From Sulfurovum sp. (lineage in GTDB: Bacteria; Campylobacterota; Campylobacteria; Campylobacterales; Sulfurovaceae): a stretch of DNA of 64,000 nucleotides. The DNA lies in contig JAMONL010000222.1 of the NCBI GenBank assembly GCA_027065815.1, positions 2,650 through 66,649 of the forward strand, read 5' to 3'. Below, one piece after another: positions 48,523 to 58,604 of the stretch; the stretch's first letter is position 1, and each line of letters opens with the position of its first letter. Both the position numbers and the translations under genes were made by a program. The notes below the pieces were generated by a model that did not search any database, had not been told where the DNA came from, and was given only the letters and a program-made list of their open reading frames with translations.

Positions 48523-49623
48523 TTATTTTTTATCATCCGTCTCATACAGAAATATCCCAGAAGGATGTTTTATCTGAAAGATCTCACGTTCGAGGAACCA
48601 TTCATCGGTATCAATGACATTGACCTGGTTTGCATCATTGACAGAGACATAGAGTGCAGGGTATCTATTTGACCATCTTACATGAAGTACTTTACCTTTA
48701 AAGGTAAATGTTTTTATGATCTTCAATGTTTTAGTATCCAAGATCTGGATCGTAGGAAAATCTTTACCTGAAAAGGTCACTGCCAAATATTTTTTGTCGG
48801 GGCTTAAGGAAGTAAATACAGGTAGGCCTTTCATTTCAACATTTTTAATAAAGTTGAATTTATTGTCATAAACCATGACGGCATTATCTCCTACAGCAGG
48901 GATAAAAGTTTTGTCATCAGACAGTGACCAGAAACCAAAATGCGGCACTTTCAGTACAGGCTTGTTGTCTTTCGCTGTCACTTTGATCTCAGAGAAGGTC
49001 ATTTTGTCAAGATCGATCACACCAAAAGCTTTAGTAAGGAAGAAACCGACAATATATGTATTGTCTTTGATCATCGCATCAAACGGCATCTCTCCAACAT
49101 TGAACTCTTTGAATATCTTGAATTTCGGTGTACCTTTCCCCGCATTTTCATCTTTAAGTACTGTGACTTTATCATTATCCATCTGTGCAAAAATGATCAT
49201 ATCTTTATAAATTTTAATGCCGACATTCTTGGAACCTGTGACGATCTTCTCTATGGGGTTAAGATCACGTGTCAGAATATCTACCGATTTATCATCATAA
49301 TTTGCCACAGCCACATAATTCTTCCCTATCACAAACCCGATAGCAGATTTACTGGTTTTGTACTCTGCTTCAATTTTTTCCGTTTTGGGATCGAACTTGA
49401 TAATAAAGCCGTCACGACTGATCAAGTAGGCATCGTTACCATCAAACTTGATGATACCATGATTCATATTGTGCATATGCTCCATATGTCTTTTGGTAAG
49501 ACCATCTTCAATGACAGCCACAGATTCACTCTCCCGTTCAACCACAAAATATTTTTCTTTTGCACTTAGTGTTGTTGTAAAAAATGCAGAACCTAAGAGT
49601 AAAGCAGCAAATAAAATTCTCAT
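48523..49623 (-). CDS. nirF: Heme d1 biosynthesis protein NirF
   Basis: VVERE, HGIIKF, SRDG, KVPHFGFW, VLH, PSGIF; ATG 49623. Confidence 0.9.
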   Translation of the reverse strand: MRILFAALLLGSAFFTTTLSAKEKYFVVERESESVAVIEDGLTKRHMEHMHNMNHGIIKFDGNDAYLISRDGFIIKFDPKTEKIEAEYKTSKSAIGFVIGKNYVAVANYDDKSVDILTRDLNPIEKIVTGSKNVGIKIYKDMIIFAQMDNDKVTVLKDENAGKGTPKFKIFKEFNVGEMPFDAMIKDNTYIVGFFLTKAFGVIDLDKMTFSEIKVTAKDNKPVLKVPHFGFWSLSDDKTFIPAVGDNAVMVYDNKFNFIKNVEMKGLPVFTSLSPDKKYLAVTFSGKDFPTIQILDTKTLKIIKTFTFKGKVLHVRWSNRYPALYVSVNDANQVNVIDTDEWFLEREIFQIKHPSGIFLYETDDKK

Positions 49624-49682
49624 CAAAAAATCCTTTAATTTATAATTGAAGTTATTGTACTTAAATCTCGCTAACAAGCCTA

Positions 49683-49696
49683 TTGATATATATTAA
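49683..49696. promoter_or_regulatory. Fnr/NssR-type box for nirF
   Basis: TTGATATATATTAA (one mismatch); TACAAT at 49654-49659 on minus strand. Confidence 0.6.
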
Positions 49697-49701
49697 AACC
49701 C

Positions 49702-51156
49702 TTAAAACTTTTTCCAGAAACTTCGACTGAAGAGTAAAAATACAGTATAAAATTCCAATCTCCCAATGATCATGGCTATGGACAATATCATTTTGTCTAC
49801 AGAAGAAAAAAATGCATAATTATGTGCCGGACCGGTCAGCGCAAAACCTGGACCAATGTTACCCACCGTGGCCAGAGCAGTTGAGATCGCTGTCAAAGCA
49901 TCAAAACCTCTGCCGAAAAGATAAAGAGAAACCAACATATTGGTCATCACAAAAAGGAAAATAAATCCTGTCGTAGAAGAGATGATCTGCGATGAGATCT
50001 TTTTCCCATCGATAAAAAGTCCAACAATCGCATTGGGATGCAGAGTTCTTGTAAATTGCAATATTATATTTTTAAACAAAACAATATAACGGATCACCTT
50101 GACTCCTCCGGCTGTTGAACCGGCATTCCCACCCACAAGCATGGCTACAAAAATAACAGAAATGGCAATATGCCCCCACTGTTCATAGTCAAGTGTTGCA
50201 AAGCCTGTTGTCGTAAGCACAGAGGCTACCGTAAAAAATGAGTGTGTCAATGCATGAAAAGTACTGTCATAATCAACAAAAACATCTACACTGCCAAGTA
50301 TGAGAGAAAGGACAATAAAGATCGTCATATACCAAAGGACTTCTTCTCTTTTGTAGCCATCCAGTCTACCTGTAGAAAAAAGTTTGAGATGTGCCAAAAA
50401 ATTGATCCCGGAGATGATCATAAAAAAGGTAGTGATCCAAATGATCCAAACTGAATCATAATACCCCAGTGAAGCATTTTTGGTAGAGAACCCTCCGGTG
50501 GAGATCGTAGAAAAAGCATGGTTGAGTGCATCAAAAGGTGTCATTCCCGCATACCACAAAGCAATAGCGTCTATCACAGTGAAAAACAAATAAATTCCCC
50601 AGAGCCTTAACGCAGTATCTTTCACTTTTGGCGTGATCTTCTCCATCTTTATCCCTGTGGATTCTGCTTTGAACAGTGCCATGGAACCACTGGGATTGAT
50701 AAGAGAAAAAAGCCCGACACCCAGAACAATAATCCCCATACCTCCCAGCCAGTGCATCAGACTTCTCAAGTAAAGTATGGATTTGGGCAATGCTTCAATA
50801 TCGGAAAAAATCGTAGCCCCGGTCGTTGTAAACCCGCTGACAGACTCAAAAAATGCATCTACCGGGGAAATCCCGGTATAAAGTATCAAAGGAATTGCTC
50901 CGGCAACCCCCAAAAGGATCCAAATGAGATTGACAGAAAGAATACCTCCCTTAATGCTTAATTTCATGGTATGTTTTCGTAACAGAAAAAAAACCATAGC
51001 ATTCACAAGCAACAAGGAAAGATCAAAATAGATGAATTTTGCCATATTCTCATCATAGATCCAGCCTACAAAGATAGCAGTCAGAAAAAAAAGACTAAGT
51101 GCCATACCTATCACAGAGACAAATTTGAAAATATTTTTTAAAGCGTGTATATCCAC
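49702..51156 (-). CDS. trkH: TrkH potassium uptake protein
   Basis: SGFTTTG, STGGFS, GSTAGGVK, GNIGPG, GRLE. Confidence 0.95.
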   Translation of the reverse strand: MDIHALKNIFKFVSVIGMALSLFFLTAIFVGWIYDENMAKFIYFDLSLLLVNAMVFFLLRKHTMKLSIKGGILSVNLIWILLGVAGAIPLILYTGISPVDAFFESVSGFTTTGATIFSDIEALPKSILYLRSLMHWLGGMGIIVLGVGLFSLINPSGSMALFKAESTGIKMEKITPKVKDTALRLWGIYLFFTVIDAIALWYAGMTPFDALNHAFSTISTGGFSTKNASLGYYDSVWIIWITTFFMIISGINFLAHLKLFSTGRLDGYKREEVLWYMTIFIVLSLILGSVDVFVDYDSTFHALTHSFFTVASVLTTTGFATLDYEQWGHIAISVIFVAMLVGGNAGSTAGGVKVIRYIVLFKNIILQFTRTLHPNAIVGLFIDGKKISSQIISSTTGFIFLFVMTNMLVSLYLFGRGFDALTAISTALATVGNIGPGFALTGPAHNYAFFSSVDKMILSIAMIIGRLEFYTVFLLFSRSFWKKF

Positions 51157-52463
51157 TGCACTATCTCATCTTCCTGTTCGATCTCTCCGAATATCACCAA
51201 TATATCACCCTGTTCCAAGTGATCGATTTGCGATAAATGATATATTTTCTCTTCCCTCAAAAGTAACTGTATTGAACTCTCTATACGTGAAGCTCTGATC
51301 ATTTTACCTATCAATTCAGAGTCGGGGTACACTTTTCTCATACACAGTAGGCCACGTCCTCCGCAGAAATGTCTTTGGGTAATAATGGAACTGGAAGATA
51401 TCTTTTCCAAGATCGCATAATGTGCACCTGCTTTACTGCCTCTTACCACAACCACACCCATTTGATGCATCAGGTTATAATAGGCTTTATCATTATTGAC
51501 TGCGACTACTTTTTGAATGCCATACTCTTTTGCTTCCAGGCATTTTACAATATTGGTTTCATCATTATGCCCTGCTGCGATGATCATATCGGCATTTTTC
51601 AACCCTTCCTCTTCAAACAGACGCTGATCTTCATGGGCAGAGTTTATAATGCTCACTTTTCCCTGTAGCAATTCTGAAGCTATTTTGCAATGCTCAATAT
51701 CTTTTTCGATCATTTTAATTTCCAGTTTCTTGTCCAGCAGTACTTTTGCGATCTTCCTGGCCAGCGTATTTGCACCGAATATAACAATCTTCTTGATAGA
51801 AGAAGGCATTTTTTCATCCAATATATATGCGATCTCTTCAATCGCAGCAATATGACCAAAAAGATAAACAAGATCATCTTGATGGATCTTCTCATCACTC
51901 TGTGGGATAAAGAATCTTTTTTCTCTCTCTATCCCTACAATAGACACCCTGTCATTGATCAACTGTCCGGCACTGTGACTCTCTGCATTCTCATATTGCA
52001 CTCTTATAGAGATAAGTTTATGTTTTGTTTGATGAAACGTCTTTACATTGTTTGCTTTGGGAAAAGTAAAAAGGGCTTTCACCTTATTTGCTGTGGTAAG
52101 ATCCGGGAAAACAGCATACTCAATAGCAAGCTTTTCCAATACATGACTCTTTAAAAATCCATCATTCTTAAGTCTGATGATCTTTCTTTTGACATCAACC
52201 ACATCCTCTACGATCAAAGTGGAAAGAAGATTCGCTTCATCCGAATCTGTCACGGCAATAAACAGATCTGCAGTAACATTGTTAAGAGACTGGTATGTTT
52301 TCGGGTTTTCAATATCACCATGCAATATCAATATATCAATATCTTCATCCAGTTTATTGAGTTTATTAATATCTTTGTCTATAACGATCACATTGTGTTT
52401 GTGGGAGAGTGTCTGTGCCAGTGAGTAACCAACCGTTCCTGCACCTGCTATCATTATATCCAT
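51138..52463 (-). CDS. trkA: TrkA potassium uptake regulatory subunit
   Basis: Two RCK domains; GAGTVG, AVTDSDEAN. Confidence 0.92.
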   Translation of the reverse strand: MDIMIAGAGTVGYSLAQTLSHKHNVIVIDKDINKLNKLDEDIDILILHGDIENPKTYQSLNNVTADLFIAVTDSDEANLLSTLIVEDVVDVKRKIIRLKNDGFLKSHVLEKLAIEYAVFPDLTTANKVKALFTFPKANNVKTFHQTKHKLISIRVQYENAESHSAGQLINDRVSIVGIEREKRFFIPQSDEKIHQDDLVYLFGHIAAIEEIAYILDEKMPSSIKKIVIFGANTLARKIAKVLLDKKLEIKMIEKDIEHCKIASELLQGKVSIINSAHEDQRLFEEEGLKNADMIIAAGHNDETNIVKCLEAKEYGIQKVVAVNNDKAYYNLMHQMGVVVVRGSKAGAHYAILEKISSSSIITQRHFCGGRGLLCMRKVYPDSELIGKMIRASRIESSIQLLLREEKIYHLSQIDHLEQGDILVIFGEIEQEDEIVQWIYTL

Positions 52464-52505
52464 CTATCAATCCTTCCAACTACGTATATTGTACACAAAA
52501 AGTAA

Positions 52506-53636
52506 TCATTTATTAATAAATTCAACCATTTTCATCTCTTGAGAATCTGTTAAATCACTCTCTTTCAGATCTATGACTTTTGCACAATCGCTTTTTGCAA
52601 ACTGTACATACATTGTAACCCTGATTTTATCAGATTTTTCAAGTTCCGGTACAGTGTATTTCAACTCTTTTGTCTCTTTTGCTTCCAAATTGTAAACATG
52701 ACCTCTGCTTGCATGCGCAGGGATGATCACCTTTTCCCCATTTTGTTTGAAACTGTAAGAAAAATACCCCTGCTTATCTTCACTGGGCTCTTTATAGTAA
52801 TTTTTCCAGATCACTTTATTCTTCCTGATGAGCTCTATCTTTAAAAATTTCGCACGTGCCGGTTGTATGATAAGCGGATGTTCCATTTTGTTAAAGAGTG
52901 TAACGGCTATCTCTTTATCGTTCACGGAGATATTGATATCTACACCTGTTTTTCTGAAGGCTTTATCATGAATACCCAAAAACTTATGGCTGGCATGATG
53001 ACCTCTTGTTCTTTTATCCATCTTCTCAGCCCCGCCGCTCACCTCTGGCATATGGCACTTAATACATCCGATACTGTCTTGTTTTTCACCCATTGCCTTA
53101 AATATCGTCACATTGTTATCGTTCAGTTTATGGGAGTGACAGCCCATACATACTTTTTTAGCATACACAGGGTTGTATACAGATGAGTGTTTATCACAGT
53201 CATCAGGATTATTCAGTCTGCCATAGAGGGTAGGTTTGTATCCTTTGGCCTGCCGTGCCTTGGTATTAACATTGAATTTATGTGCTGTTTTGACGTAGGC
53301 TATCGTATGACAGAAGTAACAGGAGATCGCATCGGTATGGGTTTTATTGCGCTTATCGGGTCTGGCTTCACCTGAGACAAGTGCCTTTAGGTTATCTGCC
53401 ATAGGCATATGACAGGTGGCACAGCCATACTTCTTGGTACTTACTTTGTCTGCGATCTTTCGATGTAATTCATCAGTAAAATAACCCTTGGCATGAAAAG
53501 ATAATTGATATTCTTCGTAGATCTTTTCATGACATTCATTACACGAGTGATTGTCTAAATATTTATCTTTTGCTTGAAGTGGCGTAAAAGAGAGAGAAGA
53601 GCATAAAAAAATCGTAATGAGAACAAAGCGTTTCAT
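52506..53636 (-). CDS. Periplasmic pentaheme cytochrome c
   Basis: Signal peptide; CNECH, CATCH, CYFCH, CMGCH, CIKCH. Confidence 0.9.
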   Translation of the reverse strand: MKRFVLITIFLCSSLSFTPLQAKDKYLDNHSCNECHEKIYEEYQLSFHAKGYFTDELHRKIADKVSTKKYGCATCHMPMADNLKALVSGEARPDKRNKTHTDAISCYFCHTIAYVKTAHKFNVNTKARQAKGYKPTLYGRLNNPDDCDKHSSVYNPVYAKKVCMGCHSHKLNDNNVTIFKAMGEKQDSIGCIKCHMPEVSGGAEKMDKRTRGHHASHKFLGIHDKAFRKTGVDINISVNDKEIAVTLFNKMEHPLIIQPARAKFLKIELIRKNKVIWKNYYKEPSEDKQGYFSYSFKQNGEKVIIPAHASRGHVYNLEAKETKELKYTVPELEKSDKIRVTMYVQFAKSDCAKVIDLKESDLTDSQEMKMVEFINK

Positions 53637-53692
53637 TGCATAAAAACCTTGGTAACTTATTGAGATGATCAGAAATGATCACTTCAATAAAT

Positions 53693-53716
53693 TACCCTCT
53701 CCAAAAGGAGAGAGTA
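53693..53716 (-). terminator. Hairpin/terminator after nirS
   Basis: TACTCTCTCC-TTTT-GGAGAGGGTA on minus strand. Confidence 0.6.
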
Positions 53717-53726
53717 AAAGTATTAA

Positions 53727-55466
53727 TTAAGCACCAGGGATATGTTGTCTGTGCTCAACTGAGTATGTAAATGTTGGCGTAGTCAAGTTATTGATATACT
53801 TTACAAATTTACCAGTGTCAGACTCGTAGATACCAATTCTACCTGTAGTCCACTCAGAGATCATCGTCCATTTACCATGGTTAGCAGGCTCAGCGTGAAG
53901 CAATCTTGGTTGTACAGGATTTTTCACAGCCGCACCTAATTTAGCTGGCATAGGCAAGATTTTCTCTTTACCGAATGCTTTTTCATTCACAGCCACTTTT
54001 TCATGTTGTGTTGCATCCCACTCTTGAAGTACTTTTTTAGTCTTCGCATCAATTAGTTGACCTTTTTTCTTACCGACTTTAATGATTCTGTCAGTCTCTA
54101 AAGTCTCTTTATTGATCAAGTGTACTTCATTGTATTTGTCCGGCTTACCGAGGACACAGTCAGACCAGATCCAAGGTGTATGCTCAGCAGTACCTACAAA
54201 CAGACCACCACCTGCTGTTGGTACTTTTTTAACAATTTCCCAGCTTGGAGATTCCCAGATAACAACTGAACCGAAGTTCATAGAGTTCGTAGCATTAAGC
54301 TGTTTACCCATTTTTTTGTTGAACCAAGATGAACCCTGTCCTGGGTGTGGCTTAGATTTCTTACCAGTATGTACTTTTGCAGCCAATGTTTTGGTCTTAA
54401 AGTCAACAATTCCCATAAGGTCTGAACCCTGAGAAGCGATCATAAAGTATCTACCAAAATCCTCACCTTCGTTTTCATTCAAGAAACAGTCATGAAGGAT
54501 CTTACCGATATTTGGAATATCTCCAACAATTGGAAAGTCTGGTTTAGAGTAATCGATGATATAAGTATGTCCTGCATCTTTAAGTGCCATTGCGAAGTAT
54601 GGTCCATAAGGCGTATCTGCAATACCGGCAACTCTTGATGGTCCGATCTGTCCATCAGGATCAATAACACGGCTTGTATCATATACTTTTAACGGCTCAA
54701 GTGTATGTGCATCACAAAGTACTGCACCACCTGGATTATAGTTACCCGCCAAGATATATTTACCATCTGGAGATACTGCAAGTCCTCTTGATTCCTGTCC
54801 TACCTGAACAGATGCCAATGCAGGCTGCCCCGGAGCACCGATATCAAACATCGTCAACTTACCTGAACGCGAGATAGAGTATGCGTATCTTGGATCTTTT
54901 TTATTGGTCACTGTTACGTGTACCGCAAATCCAGCTTTATGACGAGACAATACTTTTCCATTTGTAGAGTCAATGAAGTCAACCAAAGAAGCATCTCTTT
55001 CCGTTGCAAAAGTGATATCTTTTACATTTTTAACTTCACCCTTACTATCAACTCTTCCCGCATCATCTACCGGATGTTTCTTAGCCAAAGTATCTCTGTC
55101 TGCAAGTTTGGTCCATGATTTATGTACTTCATCAAAGTCAAGTGTTAGCTCAACCGTATTTTTCCAGTCCATCAGCCAATCGATCATACCTGCTGCATCA
55201 TCTTTAGAGAAAGTAGATTCCCATGCTGGCATTGCAGTGTTTTCCCTACCATGCATGATGACTGCTGCCAACATTTCTCTGTTTTTCTTTTTCAATGCTT
55301 TAGGTCTAAGGTCAGATCCAACACCACCCTGGTGGATCGGTCCGTGACACCCTTGACACTCTTTTTCAAACTTTTGTGCAAAATCCATGCCTGAAGTTCC
55401 GGCTAACGCAAATGTTGCTGCAAAACTTGTTGCTGCTGCTAAACCTAAAATTCTGTTCAATTTCAT
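53727..55466 (-). CDS. nirS: Cytochrome cd1 nitrite reductase
   Basis: CQGCH, AMP, GFAVH, ILHD, KPHPGQG; d1 beta-propeller. Confidence 0.95.
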   Translation of the reverse strand: MKLNRILGLAAATSFAATFALAGTSGMDFAQKFEKECQGCHGPIHQGGVGSDLRPKALKKKNREMLAAVIMHGRENTAMPAWESTFSKDDAAGMIDWLMDWKNTVELTLDFDEVHKSWTKLADRDTLAKKHPVDDAGRVDSKGEVKNVKDITFATERDASLVDFIDSTNGKVLSRHKAGFAVHVTVTNKKDPRYAYSISRSGKLTMFDIGAPGQPALASVQVGQESRGLAVSPDGKYILAGNYNPGGAVLCDAHTLEPLKVYDTSRVIDPDGQIGPSRVAGIADTPYGPYFAMALKDAGHTYIIDYSKPDFPIVGDIPNIGKILHDCFLNENEGEDFGRYFMIASQGSDLMGIVDFKTKTLAAKVHTGKKSKPHPGQGSSWFNKKMGKQLNATNSMNFGSVVIWESPSWEIVKKVPTAGGGLFVGTAEHTPWIWSDCVLGKPDKYNEVHLINKETLETDRIIKVGKKKGQLIDAKTKKVLQEWDATQHEKVAVNEKAFGKEKILPMPAKLGAAVKNPVQPRLLHAEPANHGKWTMISEWTTGRIGIYESDTGKFVKYINNLTTPTFTYSVEHRQHIPGA

Positions 55467-55718
55467 TCTTTCTCCTTCTTTATTGATCGTTCATTCCTAT
55501 GATCAAAATATATTTTGATCATAGACCCTTGTGTAAGAAACTCAAAGCTTCTTACGCTAAAATCCGATGTCTTTTCTATAAAGAAAGACAGTCTACATTT
55601 TTGAGGGCTCTACCCAGCCCTCATACTCTCATCTACAATTCCGAAAAATCGTTTTAAAGTGTATCATTTATTTACTTAAGTAAATTATATAATCATCATA
55701 AAATAAAATGATAATTAC

Positions 55719-55874
55719 TTATTTATTAAGTCTTTTCTTTTCACTGAAATAGATCCAAAACATCGGTAATATAATTATCGTATGCAAAAAGATCGTTAAT
55801 GTGAGCGGCCCTTGATTGAGCCAGCCAAAAAAACTTGGCACAACATCTGTAAATGGTTCAAATAAAGTTCCCAT
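55719..55874 (-). CDS. 51-aa membrane protein after norB (not in ORF track)
   Basis: MGTLFEPFTDVVPSFFGWLNQGPLTLTIFLHTIIILPMFWIYFSEKKRLNK; AAAGGAG RBS. Confidence 0.7.
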   Translation of the reverse strand: MGTLFEPFTDVVPSFFGWLNQGPLTLTIFLHTIIILPMFWIYFSEKKRLNK

Positions 55875-55929
55875 TTTTTCTCCTTTGTTAAATGGTGTAC
55901 AGACGCTTTAGCGCCTGTATATATTTATG

Positions 55930-57378
55930 TTAGGCTGCTGCCTGCGCTTTTTTAGCCTGTTTACCGAGAGTCAGCAAATCCCAGACAAGATAGATAAATC
56001 CTACGAATGTAACCACACCCATGATCGCTCTCCACATTTGTGCCTGAATATACCAAGGTAACTCTTGTGCCATGAAGAATGCATTCCATCCGCCGCCAAG
56101 TTCAGCTCTCTCTACAAGTACTTGCTCGTATCCGGCGATAGTCAATGCAATACCCATACCAAGCACACCAAATGTGATCATAAAGATCGCCATTTTAGAT
56201 TTAAATGTTGCTTTCAAACGATCAATACCATAAGCATATTGGATACTCATATACATCATTCCGATAAGGATCGTTGCATAAGCACCAAAGAATGCCAAGT
56301 GACCATGTGCCGCTGTAAACTGAGTACCGTGCGTATAAATGTTTACTTGTGGTAAAGTATGGAAGAATCCCCAGATACCTGCACCCAAGAAGTTACCGAA
56401 CGCATTGGTTACGATCCATGCCATAGCCGGACCATTATTCATAACAGAACCCTGTCTACCTTCCGCTTTTGCAATCCCCTGCTCTTTACCCCAATCATAA
56501 AGGACGTGAACAAACATCGCTACCAACGGAACTGGTTCTAGTGCTGAGAATAGTGCACCAATTTCCCACCAGTACTCAGGTGTACCGATCCAGAAGTAGT
56601 GGTGACCCATACCAAGGATACCTGAACCGAATAACATCAATACTTCGATCCATAGCCACATTTCAACGATCTCTCTCTTTGCACCGATGATCTTGATCAA
56701 TGCATATGCTGCCAAGGCGCCAACAAATACTTCCCATGTCGCTTCAACCCAAAGGTGTATTACCCACCACCACCAGAATTGATCCATGGAGATATTGTCT
56801 GTAAAGAACATACCTGCAACATAAAGACCTGCCAGTGCCAAAAGGTCAGCAACCATCACGGTCATGATCCCGGTCTGTCTCCCTTTCATATAAGTAGCAA
56901 ATACATTCCAATAGAAAATAAGTACCACCACGACAATACCGATATCGGCCCATCTTGGTGCTTCAATATACTCTCTACCTTCATTAATGAACCAGATAGA
57001 CGCTTCTGTACCTGCACCGACCTGAACAAAGATAAACACAAGAACAACTATGGTTACAGCCAGTGTAAGCACCCAGAAACCAATTTTTCCAAGTAACATA
57101 TGCACACCGTCTTCACCTGTTTCATCTGCCAACATAAAGTAAACGGAACCGATCATTGCATAAAGCATCCAGACTACCAATGCATTAATATGCACCGTTC
57201 TAGCTACTGAAAAATCCAACAGTTCAAACAAGAACCCCGGAACCAAAAACTGTATTGCTGCGATCAGACCAAAAAGAAGCTGTGCTCCAAAAAGGATGAT
57301 AGCAACTCGGAAATACATCATTGCCAATGCTTTGGACTGACTACCTTTAAATTCATTTGTTTTAATACTAGCGAGCAT
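55930..57378 (-). CDS. norB: cNOR catalytic subunit
   Basis: GREYIE, HLWVEATWE, GHHYFWIG, HGHLAFFG; ATG 57378 with GGAGG. Confidence 0.96.
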   Translation of the reverse strand: MLASIKTNEFKGSQSKALAMMYFRVAIILFGAQLLFGLIAAIQFLVPGFLFELLDFSVARTVHINALVVWMLYAMIGSVYFMLADETGEDGVHMLLGKIGFWVLTLAVTIVVLVFIFVQVGAGTEASIWFINEGREYIEAPRWADIGIVVVVLIFYWNVFATYMKGRQTGIMTVMVADLLALAGLYVAGMFFTDNISMDQFWWWWVIHLWVEATWEVFVGALAAYALIKIIGAKREIVEMWLWIEVLMLFGSGILGMGHHYFWIGTPEYWWEIGALFSALEPVPLVAMFVHVLYDWGKEQGIAKAEGRQGSVMNNGPAMAWIVTNAFGNFLGAGIWGFFHTLPQVNIYTHGTQFTAAHGHLAFFGAYATILIGMMYMSIQYAYGIDRLKATFKSKMAIFMITFGVLGMGIALTIAGYEQVLVERAELGGGWNAFFMAQELPWYIQAQMWRAIMGVVTFVGFIYLVWDLLTLGKQAKKAQAAA

Positions 57379-58039
57379 GGGTACCTCCTGCCTTAAATGT
57401 TTCAACTGATTTAGAGAAGTTTCTTGGGAAACCGTTTGTGTCGATTGAACTCATATGTTTAAGAAAAGCAACCAATCCCTTTGCCTCATCCGCTGTGATA
57501 CCAAGATTAGGCATCATACGTGCATGTGTAGGATACTGTGAAGGGTTCTGTAAAAATTCAGCTATTGCTTCTTCAACAGTGCTTTTCCCTGTCATACCCT
57601 GTAGCGGTCCACCATCTTGCCATGCCGGATCTAACCATGCTTTTGTAAGATCCGGTGCATAATATGCTCCGTTACCTAAAAGTGTATGACAATCCATACA
57701 GTTCTTCGCTTGAGAAGTCAGTTTACCAAGGTGTAGCAATGCTGCTGCATCTTTGTCACTCCACTCTTTCCCGAAAAATGGCTGTTTTTCACCAATAGTC
57801 GGTACTTCATGTCCTCTTTCCTTACTCATTTCATAACCAATTTTATAATTGATCACCGTTGCTGCCGGTACCCTTTTGGTTACCTTGTTCAGTAGATCTG
57901 CATCTGTCCCCATTGTGATCTGTCCAAGTGTATCAAACGATAACCAAATAAGCAAAATCGTTGCAAACCCTGTTACCCATGCCGCTGAACGACGCCAAAA
58001 TGGTATACTGGTCCAAACCGAAACATTTTTGTTAGCCAT
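57368..58039 (-). CDS. norC: cNOR cytochrome c subunit
   Basis: N-terminal TM helix, CMDCHTLLGNGAYYAPDL, RMMP. Confidence 0.95.
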   Translation of the reverse strand: MANKNVSVWTSIPFWRRSAAWVTGFATILLIWLSFDTLGQITMGTDADLLNKVTKRVPAATVINYKIGYEMSKERGHEVPTIGEKQPFFGKEWSDKDAAALLHLGKLTSQAKNCMDCHTLLGNGAYYAPDLTKAWLDPAWQDGGPLQGMTGKSTVEEAIAEFLQNPSQYPTHARMMPNLGITADEAKGLVAFLKHMSSIDTNGFPRNFSKSVETFKAGGTHAR

Positions 58040-58050
58040 GTGTCCTCCTT

Positions 58051-58404
58051 TTATTTTGTATCTTGTAAGATTTCATCTTTGTCTTCGTAACGTTCATCCG
58101 CAGCAGATATCAAATAAAAATATAAGTGCGGTACAAACAGATACGCCACCATCGTAACCATCAATACTTTCATCGTAAAATGATTACTCTGGATCATCAT
58201 TGCAAAATCATACAAGAAGTAAGTTTGTAATGCCCAAAACAGATATCCAACCGGCATCCATTTTTTGGAAAAATAACCCATTTTAGCTAGAGTGATGATT
58301 GCTGCATACCCTACCCCAAAAACGAGTACAAGTGTCGATTCTACAAAAATCGGTAAGAATTGATCTAACGCGATCTCTGGTCGAACTATCATAGTTTCCA
58401 TCAT
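58051..58404 (-). CDS. Three-TM protein, first gene of the nor operon
   Basis: AGGAG RBS; 11 bp before norC. Confidence 0.8.
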   Translation of the reverse strand: MMETMIVRPEIALDQFLPIFVESTLVLVFGVGYAAIITLAKMGYFSKKWMPVGYLFWALQTYFLYDFAMMIQSNHFTMKVLMVTMVAYLFVPHLYFYLISAADERYEDKDEILQDTK

Positions 58405-58489
58405 GTGACTCCTGTCGTCTATCTATTTACTGAAAGGATCAAAACCTTAGAGCATGGAGGTATTATGACAGTTTAAAAAATAGATAGGA

Positions 58490-58503
58490 TTGACATATAT
58501 CAA
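58490..58503. promoter_or_regulatory. Fnr/NssR-type box of the nor operon
   Basis: TTGACATATATCAA; CATAAT at 58462-58467 on minus strand. Confidence 0.8.
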
Positions 58504-58604
58504 GAAATTGAAGAAAAACGGAAAGAAATGATTGTCAAGTTAAGTAATTATTATAATATTTTGTAAAGGGAAAGAAGAAGTAAAACACTGTAATCTACAG
58601 CATT

